Positions 1-9,951 of a stretch of DNA of 64,000 nt are shown in pieces (position 1 is the first letter of the stretch; every line of letters starts with the position of its first letter). This stretch comes from an uncultured Methylomirabilota bacterium (GTDB lineage Bacteria; Methylomirabilota; Methylomirabilia; Methylomirabilales; 2-02-FULL-66-22), in NCBI GenBank assembly GCA_963705305.1, contig OY970067.1, positions 2,560,001 to 2,624,000 of the forward strand. The letters run 5' to 3'. The notes under the pieces are model-generated. The model was not told where the DNA came from, did not search any database, and was given only the letters and a program-made list of their open reading frames with translations. A program made the position numbers and the translations under genes.

Positions 1-589
1 CCACCTGGCCGTTGCGCAACCGCCGGAGCAGGAGGTAGCCCAGGGCCGCCAGGATGAGGAGATCGGACACGTAGAGGTCGGGCGTGCTGATCTGGAAGAA
101 GGCGTCAACGCTCGCCAGGTGGGTGACGAGGGACGGGATCGGCTCCAGGAAGAACCGGAGGTGACGGAGGAAGATGACCAGGAAGGTCCAGTGGAAGACA
201 AGGGCGGCCAGCCACAAGAGCTTGTCCTCGCCGTAGGTCAGCCGGACGCCCTCCCGGAGCTGCACCCGGATATTGCGGAAGAGCGATCGGAACAGCCCGA
301 TCTCCAAAGCCATGCGGGCAGCCACGCCGGCGCCGGAATACGGGCTCTCCAGCCAGCCGGCCTTGATCCAGGGAAGGGATTTCTGCTGTCCACAGGTGGT
401 GGGGATGCGAAAGGGGACCGGCGCGCGGGACCAGACCAGGACCCGGTAGGTCAGGCCCGCCAGCAGGGTCAGGAGGGCCGCGTACGGCACGACGATCCCG
501 AAGAGGACACGCAGCCCCTCCGTCTGCCCGCTCAGAAAGGCCAGGGCCGCCAGAAGGACTACCGCGACAAGTGCCGTCAGTGCGCGCAC
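1..589 (-). CDS. dsrM: DsrM, cytochrome b subunit of DsrMKJOP (3' end runs off the window)
   Basis: Not in the ORF track; manual translation from GTG at 589 gives MRALTALVAVVLL...WSRAPVPFRIPTTCGQQKSLPWIK..., the conserved DsrM motif. Directly downstream of dsrT. Confidence 0.9.
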   Translation of the reverse strand, partial: MRALTALVAVVLLAALAFLSGQTEGLRVLFGIVVPYAALLTLLAGLTYRVLVWSRAPVPFRIPTTCGQQKSLPWIKAGWLESPYSGAGVAARMALEIGLFRSLFRNIRVQLREGVRLTYGEDKLLWLAALVFHWTFLVIFLRHLRFFLEPIPSLVTHLASVDAFFQISTPDLYVSDLLILAALGYLLLRRLRNGQV

Positions 590-595
590 CGCCGC

Positions 596-1171
596 TCACC
601 CCGCCCGGCGCCGCTCGTCCCCAGTGGGACGGGCGGCGCCGGGGGCCGTGGCGACCGGCGGCCGCTCGTCTGAATTGATCCGCGCCAGGCCGGACAAGCT
701 CCGCCTGGCCTCGTTCACCCTGAGCATATAGATGCGCTCCCGGTACCGGACGAAGCAATCGAAGGCCAGCAGCATGAGGTCGTCGATCCGCGCCTCCAGG
801 ATCGTCAGGGCCTGCTCCCCGGGCGACGGCTGGCCGGCGACCGTCTCCCGGATGACTTTCTTCAGCAGCGGGAGGAAGGCCAGGGCCTGGCCGGGGGTGA
901 AATCCTGCACGGCCCTGATTTGGACGATCGGGTCCAGCACTCCGGCCAGCCGGGCCGGGTCCATCCCTGCGACGAGTTCATCGAAGAGGGCGGGGAGGCC
1001 GTGCCGCAGGGCGTCCCCGACGGGATTTCGGAAGGGATCCTTTTCGCGCCCGAAGAAATGCGCCGTCTGCGGGGCATACGTGTCCAGGGTTCGCGCGAGC
1101 CAGGCCCCGACGATCCGGCTCCGGCTCGTCGCGAACATCTCCGCCAGCGAAGGCACGTCACCCCCGTTCAT
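596..1171 (-). CDS. dsrT: DsrT (RsbRD N-terminal-domain protein)
   Basis: Motifs KDPFRNPVG and IVQIRAVQDFTPGQAL; typical position between dsrC and dsrM. Confidence 0.85.
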   Translation of the reverse strand: MNGGDVPSLAEMFATSRSRIVGAWLARTLDTYAPQTAHFFGREKDPFRNPVGDALRHGLPALFDELVAGMDPARLAGVLDPIVQIRAVQDFTPGQALAFLPLLKKVIRETVAGQPSPGEQALTILEARIDDLMLLAFDCFVRYRERIYMLRVNEARRSLSGLARINSDERPPVATAPGAARPTGDERRRAG

Positions 1172-1183
1172 GGACCTGCCTTG

Positions 1184-1504
1184 CTAGACGCAGCCGGTCG
1201 GCTTGGGAAGACCGGCTACCTTGCAGGCCCCCTTCGCCGGCCCCGAGGGGAACAGCGCGTAGATCTCTTTCAGGTCGAACCCGGTTTCCTTGCACACCTT
1301 GCGGACCATGGGGGCAATCTTGAACTTCGTGTAATAGTCGCGGAGGTACTTGACCACCTTCCAGTGGGCCTCCGTCATCTCCTGGATGCCCTCTTGATCC
1401 CTGGCCAGCTCGGCCGCCAGGCTTTCATCCCACACATCTGGGTCCTGGATGAACCCATCCTCGTCCACCTCTATTTGCCTGCCGGCATAGACGACGGTTG
1501 CCAT
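1184..1504 (-). CDS. dsrC: DsrC sulfur carrier
   Basis: 106 aa; C-terminal ACKVAGLPKPTGCV has both conserved cysteines, so it is a true DsrC rather than TusE. Confidence 0.96.
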   Translation of the reverse strand: MATVVYAGRQIEVDEDGFIQDPDVWDESLAAELARDQEGIQEMTEAHWKVVKYLRDYYTKFKIAPMVRKVCKETGFDLKEIYALFPSGPAKGACKVAGLPKPTGCV

Positions 1505-1579
1505 AGTCTATCCTCTCCTCTCCTGCGCGTGATCGTCCTGCCGCCGGCCTCGCAGGCCGCGGCGTTGGTTGGGGAAGGC

Positions 1580-3076
1580 TCACACGGGAGCCGACATTCC
1601 TAATCCCTTTCCGGCCAGGGCCGTCTCCACGGGCCTGGCGGCCTTTGTCTGCAGCCCTCCGGCGGCCGCCAGGCGCCTGGCCGCGTGCTGGCGGGCTTGC
1701 CGGATCAATGCGGGTGCCCACTCGGGGGTGCCGGCGGCATGAAAATGCACGAAGGAGGCCAGGACATTTCGATGGGTCAGGCCGTCGTGCGCGCCATCGA
1801 ATCCGGTGCCCCGCTCCACCCGGAAGGCCAAGCGCAGATCCTCCGACCGGGCGGACCGGACATACGAGTAGCGGAACTCGTGCCCCCGAAGCTTCGTCCC
1901 GCAGGGGAAGAAGGGGTTGGGTCCGCTCACCTCGATCACCGCATAGCCGTGGCCCCAGGGCCGCCTGCCGAGCTCGAAGGTGACGGGGAACACGCCCACC
2001 ATGGGATAGGCGGTCCCGTTGATCTGTATCGCCTCGCCGAGATAGATCAGCCCGCCGCACTCGGCGATTACGGGCAGCCCCGCCCCGATCTCCCGACGCA
2101 GCGCATCCCGGAAGCTGCGGTTGGCGGCCAGGGCGGCCGCGTGCGTTTCCGGATAGCCGCCGCCGATATAGAGGGCGTCGACGGGGGGCAGATCGGGGTC
2201 GCCGAGCGCGTTGACCTCCACGATCTCTGCGCCCAGCCGTTGCAGCTGTTCCAGGTTCTCGGGATAGTAAAACGTAAAGGCGCTGTCCCGGACCACGCCG
2301 ATCCGTACGCCGCCCGCCACCGCCTGCGACTCGCTCTCCCCTGACCAGTGGAGCGGGGGGGCGGACGCCGCCAGCCGGAGGATCCCGTCCAGGTCGACGT
2401 GCTCCCCCACCACCCGACGGGCGATGCGGATGGGCTCCGCCACCGAGGGGTGCTCCGCCGGGGTGAGCAGGCCCAGATGCCGCTCGGGGAATTCCAGGTC
2501 GGCAAGCCGTGGCAGGCTGCCCAGGATGGGCAAACCGCAGACTTGTTCCACGGCGGATCGGATCGCCCGCTCCTGGCGGGGCGTGGCCACGCGGTTCAGC
2601 AGGACCCCGGCCAGACGCAGCTCCGGATCCATGTGCTGGCAGCCCAGCACCATGGCGGCCACGGTCCGAGTCGTCTTGGTGCAATCGACGATCAGGACGG
2701 CCGGCGCCTGGAGAAGCTTGGCCAGCTCCGCCGAGCTGGCCGCCGCCTCGGCCCCCACCCCATCGAACAGGCCATGATTGGCCTCGAGGAGGGTCACGTC
2801 GGCCAGGTGCCCATGCTCACCGACCGAGCGGCGAATGTGCTCCTCGCTCATCAGGAACGTATCCAGGTTGCGGCAGGGGCGCCCGCCCGCCCGCGTGTGC
2901 CAGGCGGCGTCGATGTAGTCCGGCCCTTTCTTGAACGGCGCGACGGCGAGCCCCCGCGCCTCCCAGGCGCCGATCAGCCCCAGGGCGATCAGGGTCTTGC
3001 CGGTGCTCCCGCGAAGGCCGCAGAGCATCACCCGGGGGCACGCCGCACTCATCATGCCTTCTGGGTCTCCCATCAT
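1580..3076 (-). CDS. dsrN: DsrN siroheme amidase (cobyrinate a,c-diamide synthase family)
   Basis: GKT, FKKGPDYID, ERHLGL, FTFYY, AECGGL motifs; inside the dsr operon. The start may be at 3055. Confidence 0.9.
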   Translation of the reverse strand: MMGDPEGMMSAACPRVMLCGLRGSTGKTLIALGLIGAWEARGLAVAPFKKGPDYIDAAWHTRAGGRPCRNLDTFLMSEEHIRRSVGEHGHLADVTLLEANHGLFDGVGAEAAASSAELAKLLQAPAVLIVDCTKTTRTVAAMVLGCQHMDPELRLAGVLLNRVATPRQERAIRSAVEQVCGLPILGSLPRLADLEFPERHLGLLTPAEHPSVAEPIRIARRVVGEHVDLDGILRLAASAPPLHWSGESESQAVAGGVRIGVVRDSAFTFYYPENLEQLQRLGAEIVEVNALGDPDLPPVDALYIGGGYPETHAAALAANRSFRDALRREIGAGLPVIAECGGLIYLGEAIQINGTAYPMVGVFPVTFELGRRPWGHGYAVIEVSGPNPFFPCGTKLRGHEFRYSYVRSARSEDLRLAFRVERGTGFDGAHDGLTHRNVLASFVHFHAAGTPEWAPALIRQARQHAARRLAAAGGLQTKAARPVETALAGKGLGMSAPV

Positions 3077-3092
3077 CCCTCTCGCGAATCCC

Positions 3093-3350
3093 TCAATCGC
3101 CCGAGCCCTTGTCCTGCTGCGAGGGAAGCTCGACGTAGCTCCCGTCGTAGAAGGTGTAGACGCAGCGGCCCGCGTCCGTCAGATGACGCAGCGCCTCCTT
3201 GCAGGCGTCCCGGTTGCAGCGGTCTGCGCCGAAGCGCTCGATCATCGCCTTGGTCAGCTCCGTCGGGCGCAACCGGCGGCTCCCGGTGCTTTCCTTGACC
3301 ATCTGATACATTGCTTCAGCCAGCTCGTCGACGGTCACTGGGTCGGCCAT
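3093..3350 (-). CDS. dsrD: DsrD
   Basis: 85-aa ORF (MADPVTVDELAEAMY...CKEALRHLTDAGRCVYTFYDGSYVELP) right after dsrB, with a GGAGG RBS. Confidence 0.82.
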   Translation of the reverse strand: MADPVTVDELAEAMYQMVKESTGSRRLRPTELTKAMIERFGADRCNRDACKEALRHLTDAGRCVYTFYDGSYVELPSQQDKGSGD

Positions 3351-3360
3351 GGAAGCCTCC

Positions 3361-4443
3361 TCACCCCTTGAAGTACAGGGAGCGCTGAAAACTCGTCTCG
3401 GCGTGGCGGTAGTCGTCGATGTGCTGCTTGGTGAACGGGATGCCCGTCTTCTGGAAGAAGCGGGGCCAGCCGATGCGCTCGATCCATTCGCCGATCCGCT
3501 CGTACTTCCGGGCGTCCGCCGCCCAGACATCCACGATGTTCTTCACGGCGGCCACGACCTCGGGCCAGCGCGGCGGATTGTTGGGCAGATAGGGCACGGC
3601 CAGTTTCGAGAACATGGGGGCATGCCGCGCGTGGCTGACCTTGCCCCCCACCCAGATGGAAACGCCGTCGTTCAGCGCGTTGTTGATGGGGAGCGCCGGA
3701 CACACCGTGTAGCAGTTTGCGCAGAACATGCACTTCTCTTCGAGGATCTCCACCGTCTCCTTGCCGTCGATCCGGGTGGGACGGATGGCCGCGGTCGGGC
3801 AGGAGGCGACCACGTTGGGAATCTCGCAGACCTTGGGGAGCCGCTCGTGATCGACCTTCGGCGGTCGACGGTGAACGCCCAGGATGGCGATGTCGGAGCA
3901 GTGGACGGCGCCGCACATGTTCAGGCAGCAGGCCAGCGCCAGGCGAATCTTGGCCGGCAGCGTGAGCGTCGTGAAGTGCTCGATCAGCTCGTCCATCACG
4001 GCCTTCACGATGCCGGAGGCGTCGGTGGCCGCGGTGTGGCAGTGGATCCAGCCCTGCGTGTGGACGATGCTGGAGATGCTGTTGCCCATCCCGCCCACCG
4101 GGAAGCCCTTCGTCTTGAGATCGGCAATCAGGGGCTCGATCCGGCCGGGATCCGTGAGGAGAAACTCGATGTTGTGCCGGCTGGTGAAGCGGACGTAGCC
4201 GCCGCTATACGTGTCGGCCAAGTCGCACAGCTCCCGGATCGTCTGGATGCTCAGAAGGCGGGGCGTCCCCGCCCGCACGGTGTACAGCTTGTCGCCCGAG
4301 GCTGCCACGTGCACCATGACGCCGGGCTTGAGGATCTCGTGGCACTGCCATTGTCCATAGTTCTTCTTGATGATGGGGGGCAGATACTTCTGATAATGCG
4401 GGGGCCCGATATCGGTCTTCCGCTGGACAGTGGTCTCGGCCAT
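3361..4443 (-). CDS. dsrB: Dissimilatory sulfite reductase beta subunit
   Basis: [52 protein letters not shown]. Confidence 0.98.
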   Translation of the reverse strand: MAETTVQRKTDIGPPHYQKYLPPIIKKNYGQWQCHEILKPGVMVHVAASGDKLYTVRAGTPRLLSIQTIRELCDLADTYSGGYVRFTSRHNIEFLLTDPGRIEPLIADLKTKGFPVGGMGNSISSIVHTQGWIHCHTAATDASGIVKAVMDELIEHFTTLTLPAKIRLALACCLNMCGAVHCSDIAILGVHRRPPKVDHERLPKVCEIPNVVASCPTAAIRPTRIDGKETVEILEEKCMFCANCYTVCPALPINNALNDGVSIWVGGKVSHARHAPMFSKLAVPYLPNNPPRWPEVVAAVKNIVDVWAADARKYERIGEWIERIGWPRFFQKTGIPFTKQHIDDYRHAETSFQRSLYFKG

Positions 4444-4500
4444 GGGTGGATTCTCCCCTGTGAGGGCGCCGCGTCCGCCGGGGGGGGCGCCGGATCATGC

Positions 4501-5706
4501 CTAGGCCTGGGTCGGCTCCTCTTCCAAATATTCCTCGTAGAAGACGTACGGATTCTCGCGCGGATGGGCCACCATCTCGGGCTGGGGCTCGACCCCGATG
4601 GCCTCCAGGAAGTTCCCCAGGCCGACCCGCTGGATGAACTCGCCCACGCGCTCGCGGTTCTTGCCCTCCTCGGACCACACATCGATGATCTTGTCCGCCA
4701 GTTTCTTGATCTCGGTGTAGGGGGGCTCCATCTTCATGAAGGGCACCAGGACGGACGAGAGCATGGCGCCCTGCAGGATCGGCGCCTTGGCGCCGATGAG
4801 CAGGGTGGCGCCGCGCTCCGGACCCGGGCGCAGGGCCTTGGGCATCACGTTGATGCAGTGCATACACTTGACACACCACTCGTTGTCGATGAACAGTTCT
4901 TTGCCGTCCCAGGCCATGCACTTGCTGGGGCACTGCGCGATCACCTCGGCCTGGATGTCGATCCCGTCGGTGGCGTACTGCCGGACGGCTGCCGGATCGA
5001 TCTGGATGGGCCCGCGCCAAGTGCCGATGATGCTCATGTCGGCGCGGGCGATGGCCGCCACGCAGTCGTTGGCGCAGCCGGAGGCCTTGAACTTGAACTT
5101 GTAGGGGAACGAGGGGCGGTGCATCGAGTCCTGGTAGTACATGGTCAGGTCATAGATGCATTGCAGCGTGTCGAAGCAGGCCCATTCGCAGCGAGCCGGC
5201 CCCACACAGCAGCTGGGGGTTCGGACCACCGAGCCGGACCCTCCCAGGTCGAACCCGTTCTGGGTGAGATCGCTGAATGTCGGCTCCAGCTCTTCCGTGC
5301 GCGTCCCCAGCAGGATGATGTCGCCCGTGGACCCGTGCATATTGGTGAGGCCGGAGCCGTGCCGCTCCCACAGGTCGCAGACGGCGCGCAACGCCTCCGT
5401 CGTGTAAAACCAGGCGGCCGGATGGTTCACCCGCAGGGTGTGGAAGTGCGCCACGTGGGGAAACTGCTCGGGGAGATCGCAGTACCGCCCGATGACCCCG
5501 CCGCCATATCCGCGAACCCCGACGATCCCGCCGTGCTTCCAATGCCCGATCTTCTGAGCGTAGGAGAGTTCCAGCAGGCCGAGGACGTCGCGGGACATGG
5601 CGTTGCTTTCGGCGGCGCGCTTGATCTCCTTGACGAAACTGGGCCAGGGCCCCGATTCCAACTGATCCAGCTGTGGTGTCTTGGGCAGCGACGTGTCATC
5701 GGCCAT
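4501..5706 (-). CDS. dsrA: Dissimilatory sulfite reductase alpha subunit
   Basis: [59 protein letters not shown]. Confidence 0.98.
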   Translation of the reverse strand: MADDTSLPKTPQLDQLESGPWPSFVKEIKRAAESNAMSRDVLGLLELSYAQKIGHWKHGGIVGVRGYGGGVIGRYCDLPEQFPHVAHFHTLRVNHPAAWFYTTEALRAVCDLWERHGSGLTNMHGSTGDIILLGTRTEELEPTFSDLTQNGFDLGGSGSVVRTPSCCVGPARCEWACFDTLQCIYDLTMYYQDSMHRPSFPYKFKFKASGCANDCVAAIARADMSIIGTWRGPIQIDPAAVRQYATDGIDIQAEVIAQCPSKCMAWDGKELFIDNEWCVKCMHCINVMPKALRPGPERGATLLIGAKAPILQGAMLSSVLVPFMKMEPPYTEIKKLADKIIDVWSEEGKNRERVGEFIQRVGLGNFLEAIGVEPQPEMVAHPRENPYVFYEEYLEEEPTQA

Positions 5707-5745
5707 GAGTCAGCACCTCCCTCGTTGGTGACCCGAACCTGGCGT

Positions 5746-7398
5746 TCAGCGCATCTCGATGTACCCGCAGGGACACTGCTCCGCGCACTTCTTGCAACCC
5801 GTGCAGAACTCCAGCTTGATCCGGTAGGGCTGGCCGGCCTCCGCCGGCTTTTGGATGGCCCGCTCCTGGCAGTACTGCCAGCAGGTATCGCACTCGAAGC
5901 ACATGCCGCAGCTCAGGCAGCGCTTGGCCTCGGCCAGCGCCTGGTCCTCGGCGAGGCCGATGGTCACCTCGCGGTCCGGATCGGCGAACCGCTCCTCCAC
6001 CGGGATCGTCGCCGCGACGGACCGCGGCGCCTTGGGGTAGAATTCCGGTCGCAGCGTCTCCTTGGTGGCCACGGGCGGGGGTGCCGGCTCGGGCTCTTGG
6101 ATGCCGCGGAGCCGCCGATGAATGGTCTCGGCGACGCGACGACCCCGGAAGACGGCCGTGCTCACGATCCCCAGATCCAGGTCGTCCGGCGCGGCGAACG
6201 TGCCGGGGACGGCCGTCTCCCCGTGCGCGTCGGTGGAGACAGATCCTCCCTCGCCCCGTAGGGACTCCAGGCCGACCGTGTCCCGCTCGGCCTTGCCCGC
6301 CACGATGATCGTGCTGGCCGGCAGGAAGAGCTCTGCTTCGGCCCCCCGGGGCTGTCCCGCGTCGGCAACGCGTCGGCAGGTAAGGCCGGTTGCTCGCCCT
6401 GCTTCCATGCGAACGGCCGAAGGAACCGCCTGGCCCTGGATGGCGACCCCCTCGCGCTTGGCCTCTTCGATCTCCTGCTTGCCGGCGGGCATGTCCTCCG
6501 CCTTGCGGCGCGATACGATCGTGACGTGCGCCCCCAGGCGGCGTGCCACGCGGGCCGCATCCAGGGCCGTATCGCCCCCCCCGACCACCAGAACCTCTGT
6601 TCCCACCTCCAGGGGCTCGCCGCCGTTCATGCGGTGCAGGAGCTCGGCCGCGGACAGGACGTTGGGGGCGTCCCCGCCGGGCAGATCCAGGACGACCCCG
6701 CGGTGCGCCCGGATGCCGACGAAAATTGCGGCGTACTCCTGGCGGAGGGCATCCAGTGTGATGTCCTTGCCGAGGGCGCTGTTGCATTGAAAGGCCACCC
6801 CGAGGGTTTCCAGGCGGGCAATCTCTCCGTCCAGCACCGGGCGGGGCAGGCGGAAGGCTGGGATCCCGTACCGCAGCATGCCGCCGAGCTTGGGGAAGGC
6901 CTCGAACACCGTGACCGGATAGCCGCGCCGCGCCAACTGGTAGGCACAGGAGAGGCCTGCAGGTCCGGAACCGATGACCGCGATTCGCTCGGTCTGTCGT
7001 TCCTCGGTGATCGAGCGCAGGGGGAGCTGCCGCTGGAGGGCGTAGTCCCCGACGGCCCGTTCGAGGCAGTTGATCGCGACCGGCTCGTCGACCTGTAGGC
7101 GGCTGCATTGCAACTCGCACTGGTGAGGGCAGGCGCGGCCGCAGCTCGCCGGCAGCGGGTTCTTGTCGGCGAGGAGATAGAACGCCTCCTCCATCGCCTG
7201 GGAGAGAGATTTTCCGTGCTTCTCCGCCAGGGCCAGCGTCATGATGACCGAGCGAATGTCCTGATGGTTGGGGCAGGCCTTGGAGCAGGCCGGGGTCCTC
7301 TCGCTGAAGTACGGGCGCATGGGCGAACCGCCCCGGTCGCTTGGTGGCTGGCCTCCCCCGGATCCGAGTTTGCGCACCTTCTTGACGACAACGGCCAC
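5746..7398 (-). CDS. dsrL: DsrL iron-sulfur flavoprotein, NAD(P)H:acceptor oxidoreductase
   Basis: GTG start at 7398 with AAAGGAG RBS; N-terminal Fe-S cysteines, GSGPAG (FAD), GGGDTA (NAD(P)H), two C-terminal 4Fe-4S motifs; 550 aa; directly upstream of dsrA. Confidence 0.88.
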   Translation of the reverse strand: MAVVVKKVRKLGSGGGQPPSDRGGSPMRPYFSERTPACSKACPNHQDIRSVIMTLALAEKHGKSLSQAMEEAFYLLADKNPLPASCGRACPHQCELQCSRLQVDEPVAINCLERAVGDYALQRQLPLRSITEERQTERIAVIGSGPAGLSCAYQLARRGYPVTVFEAFPKLGGMLRYGIPAFRLPRPVLDGEIARLETLGVAFQCNSALGKDITLDALRQEYAAIFVGIRAHRGVVLDLPGGDAPNVLSAAELLHRMNGGEPLEVGTEVLVVGGGDTALDAARVARRLGAHVTIVSRRKAEDMPAGKQEIEEAKREGVAIQGQAVPSAVRMEAGRATGLTCRRVADAGQPRGAEAELFLPASTIIVAGKAERDTVGLESLRGEGGSVSTDAHGETAVPGTFAAPDDLDLGIVSTAVFRGRRVAETIHRRLRGIQEPEPAPPPVATKETLRPEFYPKAPRSVAATIPVEERFADPDREVTIGLAEDQALAEAKRCLSCGMCFECDTCWQYCQERAIQKPAEAGQPYRIKLEFCTGCKKCAEQCPCGYIEMR

Positions 7399-7478
7399 GC
7401 GTGGAGTCTCCTTTCCCCAGCTTTTCGCGTCCTTCCGTGGACGCGTAGAATACGGCTTTCCGCCATCAAGGATGGCAG

Positions 7479-7494
7479 GCAAGGCATTTGCCAG
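7479..7494 (-). promoter_or_regulatory. Sigma-54 (-24/-12) promoter of the dsr operon
   Basis: Minus strand CTGGCAAATGCCTTGC = GG-N10-GC with TGGCA/TTGC context, about 80 bp upstream of dsrL. Confidence 0.75.
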
Positions 7495-7558
7495 GTCCGC
7501 CGAGGGCTGCAAAAGCTTGCGAAATGGACCTTGGGGGAAAGAAGCACAGACGGGGCAC

Positions 7559-7605
7559 GTTACCGAAAGGTAACGGGCGAGGCTGGCACGTTACCTTCCG
7601 GTAAC
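7559..7605. promoter_or_regulatory. Twin palindromic upstream activator sites GTTACC-N4-GGTAAC
   Basis: GTTACCgaaaGGTAAC (7559-7574) and GTTACCttccGGTAAC (7590-7605), starts 31 bp apart. Confidence 0.75.
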
Positions 7606-7797
7606 ATGGACCGGCCAAGTAAGCCCGAGACGCTTCAACTTCTTCCACAGGGTCTTTCGGCTGATCCCTAGAATCTGTGCCGCCCGAGCCCGGTTCCCCT
7701 CGGTCAGTTGGAGCACAGAAACGATGTGCTCACGTTCTGCCTGTTCCCGCACCTTCTGGAGAGGCCGGCCCATTATCTCATGAACAACAGGCACCAC
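7591..7797 (-). CDS. Stand-alone Fis-type helix-turn-helix protein (HTH_8)
   Basis: [46 protein letters not shown] upstream of the GTG start. Confidence 0.75.
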   Translation of the reverse strand: MVPVVHEIMGRPLQKVREQAEREHIVSVLQLTEGNRARAAQILGISRKTLWKKLKRLGLTWPVHVTGR

Positions 7798-8108
7798 CCG
7801 AACACTCCTACATTCATCCCAGAGAAGACGCTATGCGGCGAGCCCTCGCACATCAATACCGGGCAGCCCCCGGCACGCCCCCCGGTCCGTGCCTCGCAGG
7901 GACAGACAAACCCACCACCCTCGAGGCTGCCGCCTCGATGCCTCAAAATGTGGGCGGCGCACCTCCTATCCGATATGCCAGGAGCGGACAACCAAGATCC
8001 GCCAGGACCCGCCTGCCTCCTCCCTACGGGGGTTCCGGCCGGATCCCCGGGCTCGCTCCACGGCGCGAACTCGGGAATCCGGCCTGGGCGGTTATCGGAC
8101 CCGGCGGG

Positions 8109-8282
8109 CTAGCCGGGGAAGATGGCGGTGCCGATAATCACGAGCACCACCAAGAGCACCAACCCGAGAACCAGGCTCCACGTGACCAGCTTGCGTTCGA
8201 CCGGCAAGAATGGCTCGTAGGAGATTTTTGCCATCTCTTCCGCGAGCTTTTCTCCCGTCGGAGCGGCGTGTGGTTGCGCCAT
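8109..8282 (-). CDS. Small single-TM membrane protein, likely partner of the upstream transporter
   Basis: 57 aa MAQPHAAPTGEKLAEEMAKISYEPFLPVERKLVTWSLVLGLVLLVVLVII...; GGAGG RBS. Confidence 0.75.
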   Translation of the reverse strand: MAQPHAAPTGEKLAEEMAKISYEPFLPVERKLVTWSLVLGLVLLVVLVIIGTAIFPG

Positions 8283-8349
8283 GGTGTTCCCTCCTGTCGT
8301 TGCTGAGAACCGCTCACGCCCCCGATCGTGCAGGGACGCCCTTGTCACG

Positions 8350-9792
8350 TCAGACGGTCGGCGGCACGATCCCGTGGAAGAAGACCCACGAGATCACCAG
8401 CCCGATCCAGATGATGAACCCGAACAGGCACACCAGGTACACGAGCGCCAGCTTGCCGATGCCCTCCTCCCACAGCTTCTTGAAGTTCGAGACGAGCCCG
8501 ATGGTGAAGAAGGTCATGGCGAAGAAGAGCACGCGGAACACGTTGCTCTCTCCGGTCGCCAGCTTGGCCGCACCCAGGATGCTCGGCACATTGAGGACCA
8601 GAAAGAGCATCACCAGGAACGTCAGGGCGTACCCGATCACGAACTTGGGGAAGCGCTCCCAGATCTGCCCCGCCGAGACGGTCTCGCCCGGCTTCTTGTC
8701 GATGGCGTAGCACCAGATCAGGGCCAGCACGAAGGCCCAGACGCCGATGAAGATGTCGATGAAGATCTTGATCGTGGTAGCCGTCATCAGGATCCAGCCT
8801 TCCTTGTAGTTCACCCCTGACGCGGCCAGAGCCTTGGCCCGGATCAGGGCATCCACGATCGCCCCGCTGGCCACCGCGGCGCCGTCCGTCTTGACGGCCA
8901 GACCCATCCAGGCCCCTGCGACCATGGGCTGATGGTACAGGAACGTCTCTGCGATGAACGGCAGGAACAGCAGTTCGACCACCGCGAAGAGGACCACCAG
9001 CGACGAGACCATTACGGGAATCATCGGGCGGGACTTGACCGCCGCGCCGGTGGCGATGGCTGCCGAGACGCCGCAGATGGAGATGCCGGACGCCAGGGGG
9101 ACGGCCCATTCCCGACTGAACCCGAAGGCCTTGCGGGCGATGAGATACACCAGGGACCAGAAGATCAGGTAGGCGACGACGATGGCCGAGAACCCGAGAA
9201 ATATGATCGCCTTGGCGAGGCCGGTGGCGCCCGCGGCGCTGACGCCCAGGGACGCCCCCAGGATCACGATGGCGGTCTTGATGTACCACTCGGGTCGGGT
9301 GGCCTCCTTGAGGGCCGCCGTGATTCCGGGAAAGAAGTTGCTCAGGATCAGGCCCACCAGGAGGGCCACGACATATCCGGACTCACCGGTCAACCCCAGG
9401 GCCCAGGAGATGTGGAAGGCCTTGAGCTGGTTGGGGGTGGCCGCAATGTAGGCCCAGCTGCCGACCAGCCAGCACAGATAGCTGACCCAGAAGATGACCG
9501 TGAAGCCGAGGGCGAATTCCCCGAAGTTGAACTTCAGCGCCTTGGCCCCCACCCCCATGATGACCAGCATGAAGATGTAAGTGCACACCAGGGAAAGGAT
9601 CCCCGGCATCCCGGCGTAGTTCTTCGACAGCGGGGCTATGGACTTGGTGATATCGGTCCACGTGTTGGTGGCCACGCTCCAGCCGAGGAGATCCACCCCC
9701 GCAAGAACACCCAGGCCCACCAGGAAGACGAAGAGCCCAATCCACAAGGACCACCAGTCTTCGTTGTTTCGGATGAACTTTGTCCTCTCCAT
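8350..9792 (-). CDS. Putative sulfate exporter family transporter (YeiH/UPF0324)
   Basis: NEDWWSLWIG, EWYIKTAIVILGA, ASGISICGVSAAIAT, WERFPKFVIGY; many TM helices. Confidence 0.85.
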   Translation of the reverse strand: MERTKFIRNNEDWWSLWIGLFVFLVGLGVLAGVDLLGWSVATNTWTDITKSIAPLSKNYAGMPGILSLVCTYIFMLVIMGVGAKALKFNFGEFALGFTVIFWVSYLCWLVGSWAYIAATPNQLKAFHISWALGLTGESGYVVALLVGLILSNFFPGITAALKEATRPEWYIKTAIVILGASLGVSAAGATGLAKAIIFLGFSAIVVAYLIFWSLVYLIARKAFGFSREWAVPLASGISICGVSAAIATGAAVKSRPMIPVMVSSLVVLFAVVELLFLPFIAETFLYHQPMVAGAWMGLAVKTDGAAVASGAIVDALIRAKALAASGVNYKEGWILMTATTIKIFIDIFIGVWAFVLALIWCYAIDKKPGETVSAGQIWERFPKFVIGYALTFLVMLFLVLNVPSILGAAKLATGESNVFRVLFFAMTFFTIGLVSNFKKLWEEGIGKLALVYLVCLFGFIIWIGLVISWVFFHGIVPPTV

Positions 9793-9872
9793 TTTTCTAC
9801 CCCCCACTCGAGATGAACGAGTACGTCCGTTACGCAGAGGACCGCGCCCTTCCATTGTAAATGGAAAGAGGT

Positions 9873-9888
9873 AGCAAGGACCTTGCCG
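9873..9888 (-). promoter_or_regulatory. Sigma-54 promoter of the transporter operon
   Basis: Minus strand CGGCAAGGTCCTTGCT = GG-N10-GC. Confidence 0.7.
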
Positions 9889-9951
9889 GGCCGGAGAGCC
9901 GAGGAAAATTGTATGGAAATCGTATGTTGCGAAAAAAGGGGGAAGGCCCGG

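Noticed and set aside
3349..6261. 970-aa plus-strand ORF, and similar long ORFs at 17024..19771, 56680..59586 and 61393..63984
   Set aside because: Antisense shadows of well-supported genes in high-GC DNA; no recognisable motifs.
7559..7605. CRISPR-like repeat pair
   Set aside because: Only two 16-bp palindromes 15 bp apart and no cas genes; better explained as activator sites. No CRISPR array was seen anywhere in the window.
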